A stretch of 64,000 nucleotides of DNA, from contig CAWJIM010000016.1 of NCBI GenBank assembly GCA_963842945.1, positions 128,001 through 192,000 on the forward strand. Direction: 5' to 3'. Position numbers and translations under genes: made by a program. How positions within the stretch are numbered: position 1 is the stretch's first letter; every line of letters begins with the position of its first letter. The DNA is from an uncultured Gemmatimonadales bacterium. GTDB taxonomy: Bacteria > Gemmatimonadota > Gemmatimonadetes > Gemmatimonadales > GWC2-71-9. The notes under the pieces were generated by a model, which saw nothing but the letters and a program-made list of their open reading frames with translations, was not told the origin of the DNA and did not search any database. This document shows positions 18,800 through 29,285 of this stretch, piece by piece.

Positions 18800-20867
18800 C
18801 AAAGTGACTCGCGATCCGCTGGAGATCGGAAGCGAGGTCGCCGAGCTCGCGGATGGACCGCTCCAGCTCAGCCTGTCCGGCCGAGGCTTCTCCCGCCCGT
18901 TTGGCAAGTGTATCGGTATCGGCCCGGCTCTTGGCCGAACTGGCGGCAACCTGCTCGATCTGACCGGTGAGGGAGTTCACCGCGTCACGCTGTTGTGCTG
19001 CAGTGGCAGCAATGGCCTTGGCGTGGCCGCCAGCCTCGCCAGTGGTCCCCACGATAGCATCCAGCGCCTTGGCGGCATCGGCGCTCAGCTCTTCTACTCC
19101 GGCCACAACATCTCGGCCACGCTCCATCTGGCTGGACACGGACGATACCTGATCGGCGATTTCGCCGAGCAACCCGCCGGCTTCCTGAGCAGCGTGCAGG
19201 CTTTGCGCGGCGAGCTCCCGGACCTCGGAGGCAACGACGGCAAAGCCCCTGCCCTCCCGACCGGCTCGCGCGGCTTCGATCGCGGCGTTCAGGGCGATGA
19301 GATTGGTCAGATCGGCGATCTCACGGATGGTGCCAATGAAACCGGTGATGCGCTGAGTCAGCGCGCCGAGGGAAGCAACCCGATCGGCGCCGCCGGCGAC
19401 AAAGCCCTTGAGCTCGACCAGCCGGGCGATGGCGTCGCCGATGACGTCGCGGTTGCGGGCCGCAACCTCGGCGGCCGTGCCGCTTGCCGCCGCGGCCTGG
19501 GCTCCCTGATTCATCATTTCCTGCGAGGCGTTCGCCAGCGATCCGGTTGCGCGGAGCCCGCCGGTAGCGAACCGCTCCAGCTCCATGGCACCCTGACGCA
19601 TGCCCAGCGAAACATCGGCCAGCGCGCTCGCGGAGGTTCGCAGCGAGTCTGCGACCCGAGCCAGCGAGGTGACCTGCTCACCGATCTGCCCCACGGTCAG
19701 CACCAGCGGCCGCCGGAGCTCGGCAATATGAATGGCCGTGGCCATTTGGCCAGCCAGTGTGCTCATGGCCAACAGATCTTTGGAGCGATAGACGTGACGC
19801 TTCTGGTGTTCCACCTCGAGCAGGCCCAGGATGTCATCACCGAACCGAATGGGATGGATGACCAGAGACAGGGCGTGGCGCAGCACTCCGGCCACGCGGT
19901 CGTCCTTGCGGCTATCCCGGATCACGAGCGCCTCTCGAGTTTCCAGCACTGCCTGTCTGAGGGCCGCCACTTCCGAAGGCGGCTCGCCACGATTGGGCCG
20001 GCCCATCGAGCTGCGGAAGACCAGGGAAATCTGCGATCCGTTCACCCGGTATACTCGAAAGTCGCTCCAGTCGAGCAGACGATAGCCGAGCCGCTCGATT
20101 TGGGTGAAGGAGCCCTGAAGGGTGGCATTACTCGCGATAGCCCCCTCCATCAAGTGGACCTTGTTCAGGTCCTCGGCGCCTATCGCCTCATCCAGAATCT
20201 GACGGGCGAGCAAGCCCACGACACCAAGGGCAAGTGCGACGGCTACCCAGGCGCCGGGCTCCAGTTTGGCCAGGGTGGCAATCACGATCGTAGTGGCGAT
20301 GAGAGTCAGCAGGTACGAGCTGACCTCCCAACGCAGGATCAGGATCTTCTCGGCACTCTCCAGCTTGTTGCGGACCAGCAGGCTGAAGTAGAAGAGAGCC
20401 CGACTCAGGAAGAAGTAGAGGGCGACAAGGATGGCAGCGGCTGGTAGAAAATCCAGGGTCACCTCGTTGGTCCCACCCATCGCGAGAATCGCGGCGTAGG
20501 CACCATAGGCCGCCACAAAGCTGATTACCTCCCGGCCGGCGTTGATCACGCCGGATCGCGGGGGCTTCCGGAGACCGAAGACGTCTGCGGCCGCTACCCC
20601 GACCCACAGCGCGGCGGCAACCGGCGACGGCCCAACGCATACCGCTCCGACGAGTGTGGGTATGGCCGATTGGGTCAGGTAGGAATACTTGCTCAACCGG
20701 ACCGGCACGGCCCGAAGGGCAAAGATGGTGAGCATCAATACACTGGTGGAGATGGGGCTGGCCATCCACCGGGAATCGACCGCCAGCACTCCTGCCAGGA
20801 GTGCGAGCCCGCCCAGCCAAAGCATTCTGCTGTAGCCGTTCAGCAGCCCCTGGACCTTGATGGTCAT
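18786..20867 (-). CDS. Methyl-accepting chemotaxis-like protein: multi-TM N-terminus, GAF-like domain, MCP signalling domain
   Basis: [37 protein letters not shown] hairpin tip; GAF-like DSRKDDR...[17 protein letters not shown]; about 7 hydrophobic helices. Confidence 0.88.
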   Translation of the reverse strand: MTIKVQGLLNGYSRMLWLGGLALLAGVLAVDSRWMASPISTSVLMLTIFALRAVPVRLSKYSYLTQSAIPTLVGAVCVGPSPVAAALWVGVAAADVFGLRKPPRSGVINAGREVISFVAAYGAYAAILAMGGTNEVTLDFLPAAAILVALYFFLSRALFYFSLLVRNKLESAEKILILRWEVSSYLLTLIATTIVIATLAKLEPGAWVAVALALGVVGLLARQILDEAIGAEDLNKVHLMEGAIASNATLQGSFTQIERLGYRLLDWSDFRVYRVNGSQISLVFRSSMGRPNRGEPPSEVAALRQAVLETREALVIRDSRKDDRVAGVLRHALSLVIHPIRFGDDILGLLEVEHQKRHVYRSKDLLAMSTLAGQMATAIHIAELRRPLVLTVGQIGEQVTSLARVADSLRTSASALADVSLGMRQGAMELERFATGGLRATGSLANASQEMMNQGAQAAAASGTAAEVAARNRDVIGDAIARLVELKGFVAGGADRVASLGALTQRITGFIGTIREIADLTNLIALNAAIEAARAGREGRGFAVVASEVRELAAQSLHAAQEAGGLLGEIADQVSSVSSQMERGRDVVAGVEELSADAAKALDAIVGTTGEAGGHAKAIAATAAQQRDAVNSLTGQIEQVAASSAKSRADTDTLAKRAGEASAGQAELERSIRELGDLASDLQRIASHFVVEV

Positions 20868-21655
20868 CCGTCTACCCCACTGTCCAGGCCTGCGCGAAGC
20901 CGGCGAAGAAAGCGGGCCGCTTCGCGGACGCCATCGCGGCCCAGAACATCCACCAGGGCGCTCCCGACCACGACACCATCAGCCATTTGCCCCACGGCGT
21001 GCGCTTGCTCGGGCGTTGAAATGCCAAATCCGACCGCTACCGGCAGTGGGGTGGCCCGCCGCACTTGCCCGATCGACTCCGCCAGGTTCCCTGACAACGA
21101 CGCGGTAGCACCGGTCACACCGAGTCGGGCAACCAGATACACAAATCCCTGAGCCCCTGCGACAGCGACTTTCAATCGAGCCGCCTGCGTGGTAGGGGCG
21201 ATCAGCCGGATGAGATCGAGACTGCTGGCCTGAACCGCGGACTCCACCGCAGGATCGGATCCGGCCGGCAGATCGGTCAGGATCAAGCCGGCCACGCCCA
21301 GAGCCCCGGCATCGGCAAGGAAGCGGTCCATGCCGTAACGCAGAATCGGATTCAGGTAACTGAATAACACAACGGGTCGGTTGAGCTCGAGCTCCGCAAT
21401 GAGCTGGATAGTCCCGGGCAGGGTCATGCCCTGTTGCAAGGCCTGGAAAGTGGAGCGCTGGATAGTGGGGCCGTCGGCCAGCGGATCGCTGAATGGAACA
21501 CCCACTTCGATGATGTCCGCCACCTCCGCTGCCGCCCGAATCGCCGCGCCACTCGTGTCCCGGGTGGGATAGCCCGCCGTGAGATAGGGGATCAGGGCTC
21601 GCCGTCCGTCGGATCGGAGGGCAGCCCAGGTCCGCGTTAGCGGCGAATCAGACAA
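20864..21655 (-). CDS. trpA: Tryptophan synthase alpha subunit
   Basis: [43 protein letters not shown]. Confidence 0.96.
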   Translation of the reverse strand: MSDSPLTRTWAALRSDGRRALIPYLTAGYPTRDTSGAAIRAAAEVADIIEVGVPFSDPLADGPTIQRSTFQALQQGMTLPGTIQLIAELELNRPVVLFSYLNPILRYGMDRFLADAGALGVAGLILTDLPAGSDPAVESAVQASSLDLIRLIAPTTQAARLKVAVAGAQGFVYLVARLGVTGATASLSGNLAESIGQVRRATPLPVAVGFGISTPEQAHAVGQMADGVVVGSALVDVLGRDGVREAARFLRRLRAGLDSGVDG

Positions 21656-23105
21656 AGTAATCGCCAACCGTGATCCCATAGCGCGATGGATTAGTGACTT
21701 TGATGATCGATCGCCGATAAGCCCCGCTCTGATCCTTCTCGCTCAAATCAACCCCGAGCCCGGGCGCTGGAACCGGTCCGCCGTCGGCATCCACCGCAAT
21801 CCGCACCAGGGGCCGCTTGAGCTGTTCGCCATCAGGATTTGGAGCGGACACGACGGCCACCTCGAAGCTGTCGAGAATGACGCAGGTGCCAACCGGGTAG
21901 ACGCCGATCAGATTGATCAACGCCTTCACCAGAACCCGGTCGTAGCCCCGGTTTGGGTTCTCCCACATTTCCCGGAGCACCTGGTCAGGCTCGATCGGCA
22001 CGGTCTGGTACACCCGGCGCGTGGTGGCGGCATCGAAGCCGTCGGCCACGGCGACGATGCGCGAGAAAATGCCGAGGGTCCGAGGCCGGACGACCTTGGG
22101 GTAGCCGGTCAGGTCCGATTTCATATGGTGCTCGTGGGCCACCAGGATCGACCGGTACGGGATCTCCTCGTACCCGCGCATGCTGAAGAGGGTCAGAGCG
22201 CCATACCATGGGTGCGACTGGATCACCTTCCACTCGTGCTCGTCGAGCTTTCCAGCCTTGTTCAAAATTTCCGGCGGGATCCTCGCTTTGCCCACATCAT
22301 GCAGCAGGGCGGCCATGCCCAGATCGCAGAGCTGGGGTTTGGAGAGTCCCAGCTTCTTGCCCAGTGCGACCGAGAAGATGCAGACATTGACGGAGTGGGT
22401 GAAGGTGTATTCGTCGTAATCGCGAATGGTGGTCAGGCCCACCATCGAGATCTCGTTGTTGAGCACCTGGTCCACCACCATCTGGACGGCGCGCTTTACC
22501 CGTTTGAGGCCGGTGGCGCGGCCCAGGCGTACCCCGGCGATCACATCCTTGGTCACCGCCACGCCCTGGGCGTACACCTGCTTCGAGGCCTGCCGGGCTT
22601 CGGCCGAGCTGCTGCCCTCCGTGGGCAGACCGCGCTCGATCTCCAGGTCGGCGACCTTGGCGGTATCGAGCCTTTCGTGCAGTTCCTTGAGCCGTTCTTC
22701 CGCCGAGCCCCGTCCCGCCAGGCTGAGCAGGAGGCTGAGGAAGATCTGCCACTGCCGGCGGTCGGTGCCGGTCTTCACTCGAAGAGCCCCGATCTCGTAT
22801 CCCCGAAAGATCGCGAGGATGTGGCTGAACGAGGCGTAATTGTCGAGCTCGAGCCGGAGGCGGGTAGAGTTTACGAAGATGAAATCTCCGGCCAGCCGGA
22901 TCTCCAGTTCGATCTCACTCTTGAGCAACGCCCGCGTGGTGTTGTCCAGGTCGCTGAGCGACTTCTGGACGGTAGCGTTCTCCAGGGGATACAGCTTGAG
23001 GCTGCGAAGCGCGGTGTACAGCGCGAGCAGCAGTGAGCGGCCGCCCTGACGAAGCTGTCCGTCATCGCCGGGAGCGCCGGTAGCCAGCTCGATCGGGCTG
23101 CTCAC
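21648..23105 (-). CDS. HD-GYP domain protein (putative c-di-GMP phosphodiesterase) with N-terminal domain
   Basis: DEYTFTHSVNV, LHDVGK, HEHH...GYP, VADGFDAAT.RRVY. Confidence 0.9.
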   Translation of the reverse strand: MSSPIELATGAPGDDGQLRQGGRSLLLALYTALRSLKLYPLENATVQKSLSDLDNTTRALLKSEIELEIRLAGDFIFVNSTRLRLELDNYASFSHILAIFRGYEIGALRVKTGTDRRQWQIFLSLLLSLAGRGSAEERLKELHERLDTAKVADLEIERGLPTEGSSSAEARQASKQVYAQGVAVTKDVIAGVRLGRATGLKRVKRAVQMVVDQVLNNEISMVGLTTIRDYDEYTFTHSVNVCIFSVALGKKLGLSKPQLCDLGMAALLHDVGKARIPPEILNKAGKLDEHEWKVIQSHPWYGALTLFSMRGYEEIPYRSILVAHEHHMKSDLTGYPKVVRPRTLGIFSRIVAVADGFDAATTRRVYQTVPIEPDQVLREMWENPNRGYDRVLVKALINLIGVYPVGTCVILDSFEVAVVSAPNPDGEQLKRPLVRIAVDADGGPVPAPGLGVDLSEKDQSGAYRRSIIKVTNPSRYGITVGDYFV

Positions 23106-24796
23106 CGGGCGGCCTCACGCAGCGCGCGGCTGACGGCGTTCCGAACCACCAGCTCCTTGTCGTCCTGGGCCCGCTGCAGCACCTCCCGGGCTTCGGGAGT
23201 CTTCAGTCGCCCCAGCGCCATTGCGGCGCATGCGCGGATCTCCGGAGGTTCCTTCATCCGCAGCAAGCCACGCTCAAGCAGAAGCGCGCCGAGCGGCTTC
23301 AGCGCATTGGCTCCGGCAATGGAACCATAGGCTTCGAAGAAGGCCATCTTCTCGGTCAGGTCCACGTCCTTGAGCGCTTTGCCCAGGACGACGGCTTCGA
23401 TTCGCCGGAGGGCGCCCTTATAGCCGCGAGAACCGGCAGACCGTACGGCAGCGAGCCGGACGTTTCGATCGCTGTCCTCGATGGCTCTGTCCACCACCGT
23501 CATTGCGCCGGGGGTACCGAGCAGGCCCAGCGTTTGGACCACGGCAAGGCGGATGGCGGGATCGGGATGATTGATGGTCTCTCCCAGCCCCTGAACGGCC
23601 TGATGCAGACCCAAGCGGCCACACAGGGTGACCATTCCGAGCAAGGACGGGGAGTCGGGCAGCTTGAGAATTCGCTGGACCTCCGCCGGATAGGCATGCG
23701 CCAGCCGATCGACGACCTCCTCCAGCATCTTTCGCAGCGGTTCGGAGGTGAGATTGGGCAACCAGCCCACCAACGGCTCCAGCGCAGTTGCCCGAAGCTC
23801 GCGCAACACTTCGGCGGCATAGGTTTCCACGCCAAGATGGCTCGCCTCGTCGAGGGACTGCAGCAGCTGTCCCACGATAGCGGGCTCGCTCAACTTGAGG
23901 ACAAAAACCTCGAGCCGTTCGGTAAGCTCCGGCTGCAGTTGTGCCGCTTTTTCTCGCAGCACCTTGGATTCGCGGAGCACCGCGGCGGCGCTCCGGAAGT
24001 CGCGGGCGTTGAGAAGATTGGGGAACAGCCGCTCCAGAGCCCGGAGAATCTCCTGCCGGACGTTCAGGTCCGGATTGATCTCGAACAGGTCGAACAAAAT
24101 GTTGAACGCGCTGCCTCGAACGTCTCGCTGATATTCCTCCTCCAGCTCCCGAGCCAGGTAGCCGATCTCGGCTTCATCCAGGAAGTAGAGAGTGGAGTCA
24201 ACATCATCGATATCAATCAGACTCTTGGCTCGAGCGGGTGCTTCCTCCGCGACTTGCGCCTTTCGGTCAGCGGGAGTCTGCCCTTGGCCTAGCGGCTGAC
24301 CCGTGGCTTGCGGCATGGCCGTGCCGCCACCCTCGCCGGTGAAGAAATCGATGAAGCGATACTCGATGAATTCGAATTCCTGTTCCCACAGGAGGGTCGG
24401 CAAATCGTCGCCGGCATCGGGTGGCAGAAAGCGCGCCCGGTTGATCGTGGCCAGAAGGAGCGGCAGCTCTTTCCCCTCGGCTCCGCGGCGGATGGTCACG
24501 GCACGCATGCCGTCCTTGAACAGACTCCAGCTCAGACTCTCGTTCTTGTTGTTCTGCCGGTAGACGACCTGTTCTTCCCAGGTGAACTCAGACTCCGAGA
24601 TGTTCAGCACCAGCTCGTCGGTCCCCGACCAGATCGGAGCACAAGCTGCCTGGACGTTCTGAACGGCCCGCTGATGAATCGGGTTGTTGGGCAGGTAGAT
24701 CTGGAACGCCCGAAGCGCCTTGACCATCGCCGCGACCAGCTCGACCACCTGAGCTGTGGGAACAGCCGTGGGCTGGACCTCGGGCTGGGCCGTCAC
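23102..24796 (-). CDS. HEAT-repeat protein
   Basis: [56 protein letters not shown]. Confidence 0.85.
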   Translation of the reverse strand: MTAQPEVQPTAVPTAQVVELVAAMVKALRAFQIYLPNNPIHQRAVQNVQAACAPIWSGTDELVLNISESEFTWEEQVVYRQNNKNESLSWSLFKDGMRAVTIRRGAEGKELPLLLATINRARFLPPDAGDDLPTLLWEQEFEFIEYRFIDFFTGEGGGTAMPQATGQPLGQGQTPADRKAQVAEEAPARAKSLIDIDDVDSTLYFLDEAEIGYLARELEEEYQRDVRGSAFNILFDLFEINPDLNVRQEILRALERLFPNLLNARDFRSAAAVLRESKVLREKAAQLQPELTERLEVFVLKLSEPAIVGQLLQSLDEASHLGVETYAAEVLRELRATALEPLVGWLPNLTSEPLRKMLEEVVDRLAHAYPAEVQRILKLPDSPSLLGMVTLCGRLGLHQAVQGLGETINHPDPAIRLAVVQTLGLLGTPGAMTVVDRAIEDSDRNVRLAAVRSAGSRGYKGALRRIEAVVLGKALKDVDLTEKMAFFEAYGSIAGANALKPLGALLLERGLLRMKEPPEIRACAAMALGRLKTPEAREVLQRAQDDKELVVRNAVSRALREAAR

Positions 24797-25994
24797 AGCC
24801 GGATGCCCAGAGTAGCTGCGACGTGAGCCACATCTTTGTCGCCCCGGCCGCTCAGGCAGACCAGGACGAGGGCCTCTGCCGGAAAAGTTCCTGCCGCCCG
24901 GCGAATCCAGGCCAGGGCATGCGCAGTCTCGAGCGCGGGGATGATACCCTCCAGCCGACAGAGGTCCTGAAATGCGGTGAGGGCCTCGGCATCGGTGGCG
25001 GTCTCATAGCTCACCCGCCCCGTATCGCGCAGGTAGCTGTGCTCAGGGCCAACCCCCGGGTAATCCAAACCAGCCGAGATCGAATGGGCGGGTGTGACCT
25101 GTCCGTCGGCGTCCTGCAGCAGATAGCTCAGACTTCCATGCAACACGCCCGGGCTTCCCGGCGCTCAGGGTCGCACTGTGATGGCCCGAGCCGAGACCCT
25201 CGCCCGCCGCCTCGACCCCTACGAGCCGCACATCTGGATCATCGAGAAACCCGCTGAAGATGCCCATGGCATTGGAGCCGCCCCCAACGCAGGCAACCAC
25301 CGTGTGCGGCAGCCCGTGAAAGCGGGCGAGCATCTGCTCCCGTGCCTCCTGCCCAATCACAGACTGGAAGTCGCGGACCATCCGGGGAAAGGGATCGGGC
25401 CCAACCACCGACCCGATGATGTAATGCGTGCTCGGCACGTTGGTGACCCAGTCGCGCAGCGCTTCGTTGGTTGCGTCTTTCAGGGTCCGGGTGCCGGATT
25501 CCGACCGGGACCACTGTGGCCCCGAGCAGCTGCATCCGGTACACGTTCAGGCGTTGGCGCTCGACGTCCTCGGCGCCCATGTAGACGACGCATTCCAGGT
25601 CGAAGTGGGCGCACACCGTGGCCGTGGCAACGCCATGCTGTCCTGCGCCGGTTTCCGCAATGATGCGCCGCTTGCCCATCCGTCTGGCCAGCAGGGCCTG
25701 TCCTATGGTGTTGTTGATCTTGTGGGCCCCCGTGTGATTCAAGTCCTCCCGTTTGAGGACGACGCGAGCACCGACACTGCGGCTGAACCGGGGGGCCTCG
25801 GTCAAAGGCGAAGGGCGGCCGACAAAATCGTGAAGCAGGCTCTCCAGTTCGCTCCAAAATGCCGGGTCGGAGCGGGCGCTGTCATAGACTGCCGACAACT
25901 CATCGAGCGCAGCGACGAGGGTCTCGGGTACGTAGCGGCCACCATAGGGGCCAAATCGGCCTGAGATCTCAGGTGATCGGGCTATGAGCAACAA
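24793..25994 (-). CDS. trpB: Tryptophan synthase beta subunit (frameshifts near 25500 and 25150)
   Basis: [71 protein letters not shown]. Confidence 0.96.
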
Positions 25995-26613
25995 CAGCCT
26001 CCACGAAATTCAGAATCTTGTCGGGGTCCTTCTTGCCGGGGCGGCACTCCACTCCGGAGCTCACGTCCACGATCTCAGGGCGGACCAGGGCTAGAGCCTC
26101 GGAGACGGATTCGGGGGTAAGTCCTCCGGCCAGCACCATGGCATGGCCGCTCAGCCGATCTCGAGCTTGCCGGGCAATTGCCAGATCGAGGGAGATTCCC
26201 GTCCCACCCAAGGCTCGGGAGACCCGCGGCTCAACCAGTACTGCGTCGGAATCGGGGATGGCGGCGGCCACAAGATCCAGATGCGCCGGCGCCGCGATTC
26301 GCACGACCCGCCAAACCTCGAGTCCTTCGCTCCGGAGCCGGTGTGCGTCAGGCTGAGAATAGGAGCCATGCAGCTGAGCGCCGCTAAGGTCCGCGTACGC
26401 ACAGATCTGGAGAATTTCCTCGACCGGCTCTTCGCCAAAGACACCGATGACCGGCACGCCAGCCGCTGCGGCAACCAACTCGCGGGCTTGGCTGCGGGTG
26501 ACAGTTCTCTCCCCCGCAGCAAAAACAGCGCCCAGATATGACGCGCCGGCTCGAGCCGCCGTGGCCGCATCCTCTGCTCGCATCAGCCCACAGATCTTGA
26601 CCTTAGCGGTCAT
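25969..26613 (-). CDS. trpF: Phosphoribosylanthranilate isomerase
   Basis: [36 protein letters not shown]. Confidence 0.95.
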   Translation of the reverse strand: MTAKVKICGLMRAEDAATAARAGASYLGAVFAAGERTVTRSQARELVAAAAGVPVIGVFGEEPVEEILQICAYADLSGAQLHGSYSQPDAHRLRSEGLEVWRVVRIAAPAHLDLVAAAIPDSDAVLVEPRVSRALGGTGISLDLAIARQARDRLSGHAMVLAGGLTPESVSEALALVRPEIVDVSSGVECRPGKKDPDKILNFVEAVVAHSPIT

Positions 26614-27394
26614 GTCGCCTGACCTCTGACAGCTCGCGCAGGAGTTGGTCCGGGGCTTGGCTTTCAGAGAGCGCAGTCCCCACTAGGACCGCGTCAGCCC
26701 CGGCCGTCGCAGCGCGGGTCACGTCGGTCCGATGGGCAATGCCACTCTCCGCCACGGCAATCGGCTCCCTGGGCACCTGCGCCATGAGCGCCCAGGCAGC
26801 CTCCAGATCGATCCTGAAGGTATCCAGATCTCTGCTGTTGATCCCCACGATCTGGGCCTCACTTTCCAGAGCGATCTCCAGCTCGGACCGGGTATGCACC
26901 TCGACCAGAGCATCGAGCCCGAGCTCCCCGCAGTATCGAAGGAGCGATCTCAGCCGCGCCCTATCCAGGACCCTCACGATCAAGAGAACGGCCGACGCAC
27001 CCGCCGCTCTGGCTTCGAGCACCTGGACCTCATCCAGGATGAAGTCCTTGCGCAGGATCGGCAAAGAACAGTTATCGGCGGCGGTACGCAGATCCTCCAT
27101 CGAACCCCCGAAAAATGGGCCGTCGGTGAGGACGGAGATGGCTGCGGCACCATGCTGGCCGTAGAGCGCCGCCCGATGAGCAGGATCCAGATCTTCCCGG
27201 ATGCTCCCCGCCGACGGCGATCGGCGCTTCAACTCGGCAATGACGGCCACAGTGGGACGCCGGAGGGCTGAGCGAAACGAAGGAGGGGCTGCCCCAGCCC
27301 GCTCCAAGTCCCGTTCCAGAGCGCCTCTCCGCCTCTGTAAGGCGGGAAGGCTTTGGCGGGTTGCATTGACGATCTCGTCCAGGCGTCCGGCCAT
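26603..27394 (-). CDS. trpC: Indole-3-glycerol phosphate synthase
   Basis: IAELKRRSPSAG, ISVLTD, LRKDFI, LVEVH, GINSRDL, AESGI. Confidence 0.96.
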   Translation of the reverse strand: MAGRLDEIVNATRQSLPALQRRRGALERDLERAGAAPPSFRSALRRPTVAVIAELKRRSPSAGSIREDLDPAHRAALYGQHGAAAISVLTDGPFFGGSMEDLRTAADNCSLPILRKDFILDEVQVLEARAAGASAVLLIVRVLDRARLRSLLRYCGELGLDALVEVHTRSELEIALESEAQIVGINSRDLDTFRIDLEAAWALMAQVPREPIAVAESGIAHRTDVTRAATAGADAVLVGTALSESQAPDQLLRELSEVRRHDR

Positions 27395-27401
27395 CTTGTC
27401 C

Positions 27402-27442
27402 TTCGGCGGGTATTCGGGTAGGTTTTTTCGGGCTCTATTCGG
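27402..27442. promoter_or_regulatory. Two CCGAA-N6-CCGAA direct-repeat boxes upstream of lexA (candidate SOS boxes)
   Basis: TTCGG at 27402 and 27413, and at 27427 and 27438; 11-bp period within each pair. Confidence 0.6.
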
Positions 27443-27481
27443 TCAACCTGTCTGTCGCAATCACCTCATGGAGGAGTCCTG

Positions 27482-28091
27482 ATGCCGCTGACCAAGCGCC
27501 AGAGTGAAATCCTCAGCTATCTGCAGACCCACATCAACGGGCAGGGATACGCGCCAAGCTTCGAGGAAATCGCTGAGAAATTCGGCTTTCAGTCGCTGGC
27601 CACCGTACACGAGCACCTCACGAACCTGGAGCGGAAGGGGTACATCCGGCGCTCCTACAATGAGAGCCGGTCGATTGAAGTGCTCCCTCCCCGGGGTACC
27701 TCCTCCGCCAGCGAAATCCCCCTCCTGGGAAAGGTTGCCGCCGGCACTCCGATCGAATCGCTCATGCAGGAGGAGAGCATTGCCGTGCCCGGAGCACATG
27801 CTGCCGCGGCGCGGGCCGAACTACGCGCTCAAGGTCGAGGGCTCCTCGATGGTCGACGACCACATCGTCGATGGTGACATCGTCGTGGTCCACGGCAAGC
27901 AAACCGCCGAGAACGGCGAAATGGTCATCGCTCTGGTCAATGGCAGCGAAGCCACCGTCAAGAAGTTCTACCGTGAGCCGGGTGGATGGATCCGGCTTCA
28001 GCCGGCCAACGCCACCATGCAGCCGATGAGGTTTCAGGAGCGGGACGTGCTCATCCAAGGCGTAGTGGTCGGCGTCATCCGCAAGTATTAG
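27482..28091 (+). CDS. lexA: SOS repressor LexA (frameshift near 27790)
   Basis: LTKRQ.EIL, GYAPSFEEIA, TVHEHL..LERKGYI, VAAG cleavage site, VEGSSM, TVKK; GGAGGAG RBS. Confidence 0.96.
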
Positions 28092-28095
28092 GGGC

Positions 28096-29142
28096 CTATG
28101 CCTGAGCCAGGGGCTTTGGTGCCGCCGCCCGCAAGCGCTGGAGCGCCGAAGCCGCGGCACCGCTGTCCAGCGCGGCCCGGGCACGCTCTACCGATTCTTC
28201 CAGCGACCAGCCGTTGCCCGAGACGTAGAGCGCCGCGGCCGCGTTCAGCACCGCCGCGCAGAGCCGAGCCCCGCTTTCCTCTCCAGCCAGGAGACGGGTG
28301 ATCAGGTCGGCGTTTTGTTGCGGGTCACCCCCTGCCAAACCATCCAGGTCATTGCACTCCAATCCCAGGCTGGCGGGATTCAGCTCCCAGGTTCGGGTGC
28401 TCCCCTCCACCACCTCCCACACGTAGGTGCATCCGGAGGGACTGATCTCGTCCATCCCCACGGCGGCATGCAGCACCAGCGCGTGCCTGGCGCCGAGCTC
28501 CGCCAGCGCCTCCGCTAAGACTGGCGCACGGGAGCCATCCGAGACGCCCACCACCTGACGAGTTACGCCGGCCGGGTTAGCCAGTGGGCCGAGAAGATTC
28601 ATGATCGTGGGGACTCCGAGCTCTTTGCGCACCGGCGCGAGATGACGCATGGCCGGGTGGTAGCTCGGCGCGTACATGAATACCACACCGCTGGAGCGAA
28701 GCACCCGCCCCACCTCCCGAGGATCCATTACGATGTCGATGCCCAACGCCTCCAGAACATCCGCGGATCCACACCGGGAGGTGTAGCTCCGGTTGCCGTG
28801 TTTGGCGACGGGAATGCCGGCCCCAGCGACGATAAAAGCGGCAGCGGTTGAGATGTTGAACGTGCCGATCCGGCCTCCACCAGTTCCGCAGGTATCCACC
28901 AAAACATCCCGCTCACCCAGGTCGGCCTGAAGCATGGCCCGTCTTAAAGCCTCAGCTGCTCCGGCCACCTCCTGGGGTGTCTCGCCTTTGATCCTTAGTC
29001 CAATGAGCAACGCGGCCGCCTGGGCGGGGGCAAACCGGCCTTCCATCAGCGCGTCGAAGGCGGCCCCCGCCTCCTCCCGTTCCAGAGAGAGCCGCTGGGA
29101 CAGCTTCTGCACAGCAGACCGGAGGGCGGAGTCGTCTGTCAC
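28096..29142 (-). CDS. trpD: Anthranilate phosphoribosyltransferase (start 29142 or 29178)
   Basis: DTCGTGG, FNISTAAA, KHGNRS..SRCGSADVLE, HPAMR, NLLGPLANP, GMDEIS. Confidence 0.95.
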   Translation of the reverse strand: MTDDSALRSAVQKLSQRLSLEREEAGAAFDALMEGRFAPAQAAALLIGLRIKGETPQEVAGAAEALRRAMLQADLGERDVLVDTCGTGGGRIGTFNISTAAAFIVAGAGIPVAKHGNRSYTSRCGSADVLEALGIDIVMDPREVGRVLRSSGVVFMYAPSYHPAMRHLAPVRKELGVPTIMNLLGPLANPAGVTRQVVGVSDGSRAPVLAEALAELGARHALVLHAAVGMDEISPSGCTYVWEVVEGSTRTWELNPASLGLECNDLDGLAGGDPQQNADLITRLLAGEESGARLCAAVLNAAAALYVSGNGWSLEESVERARAALDSGAAASALQRLRAAAPKPLAQA

Positions 29143-29199
29143 CGGTGTGACCTGTGGGGCCGGGTTGGGGTAGCTCACGGGGAGAGGCGAAGGAGGGAA

Positions 29200-29229
29200 A
29201 GTGTATCCGCCGAAGAGGCCTTTTGTCAA
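29200..29229 (-). promoter_or_regulatory. Predicted trpD promoter
   Basis: Minus strand: TTGACA (29229-29224), 18 bp, TACACT (29205-29200). Confidence 0.6.
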
Positions 29230-29250
29230 TTCTGACAAGCAGTTGCAGCC

Positions 29251-29279
29251 TTGCTCCGAGTTTGGGGCTCGGCTAAATT
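29251..29279 (+). promoter_or_regulatory. Predicted truA promoter (leaderless)
   Basis: TTGCTC, 17 bp, TAAATT ending 6 nt before GTG 29286. Confidence 0.55.
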
Positions 29280-29285
29280 CCGGCG

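Noticed and set aside
18804..20447. Long antisense ORFs (e.g. 18804-20447, 36879-38486, 12348-13310, 153-926)
   Set aside because: Shadow ORFs opposite well-supported genes, expected in high-GC DNA; no motifs.
1148..28091. Frameshifts in phoH, aspS, rlmN, hpr, glycerate kinase, trpB and lexA as pseudogenes or programmed frameshifts
   Set aside because: Those inspected are single-base indels in short G/C runs, with intact conserved sequence on both sides, including essential aspS. No slippery heptamers were noticed. Most consistent with long-read error.
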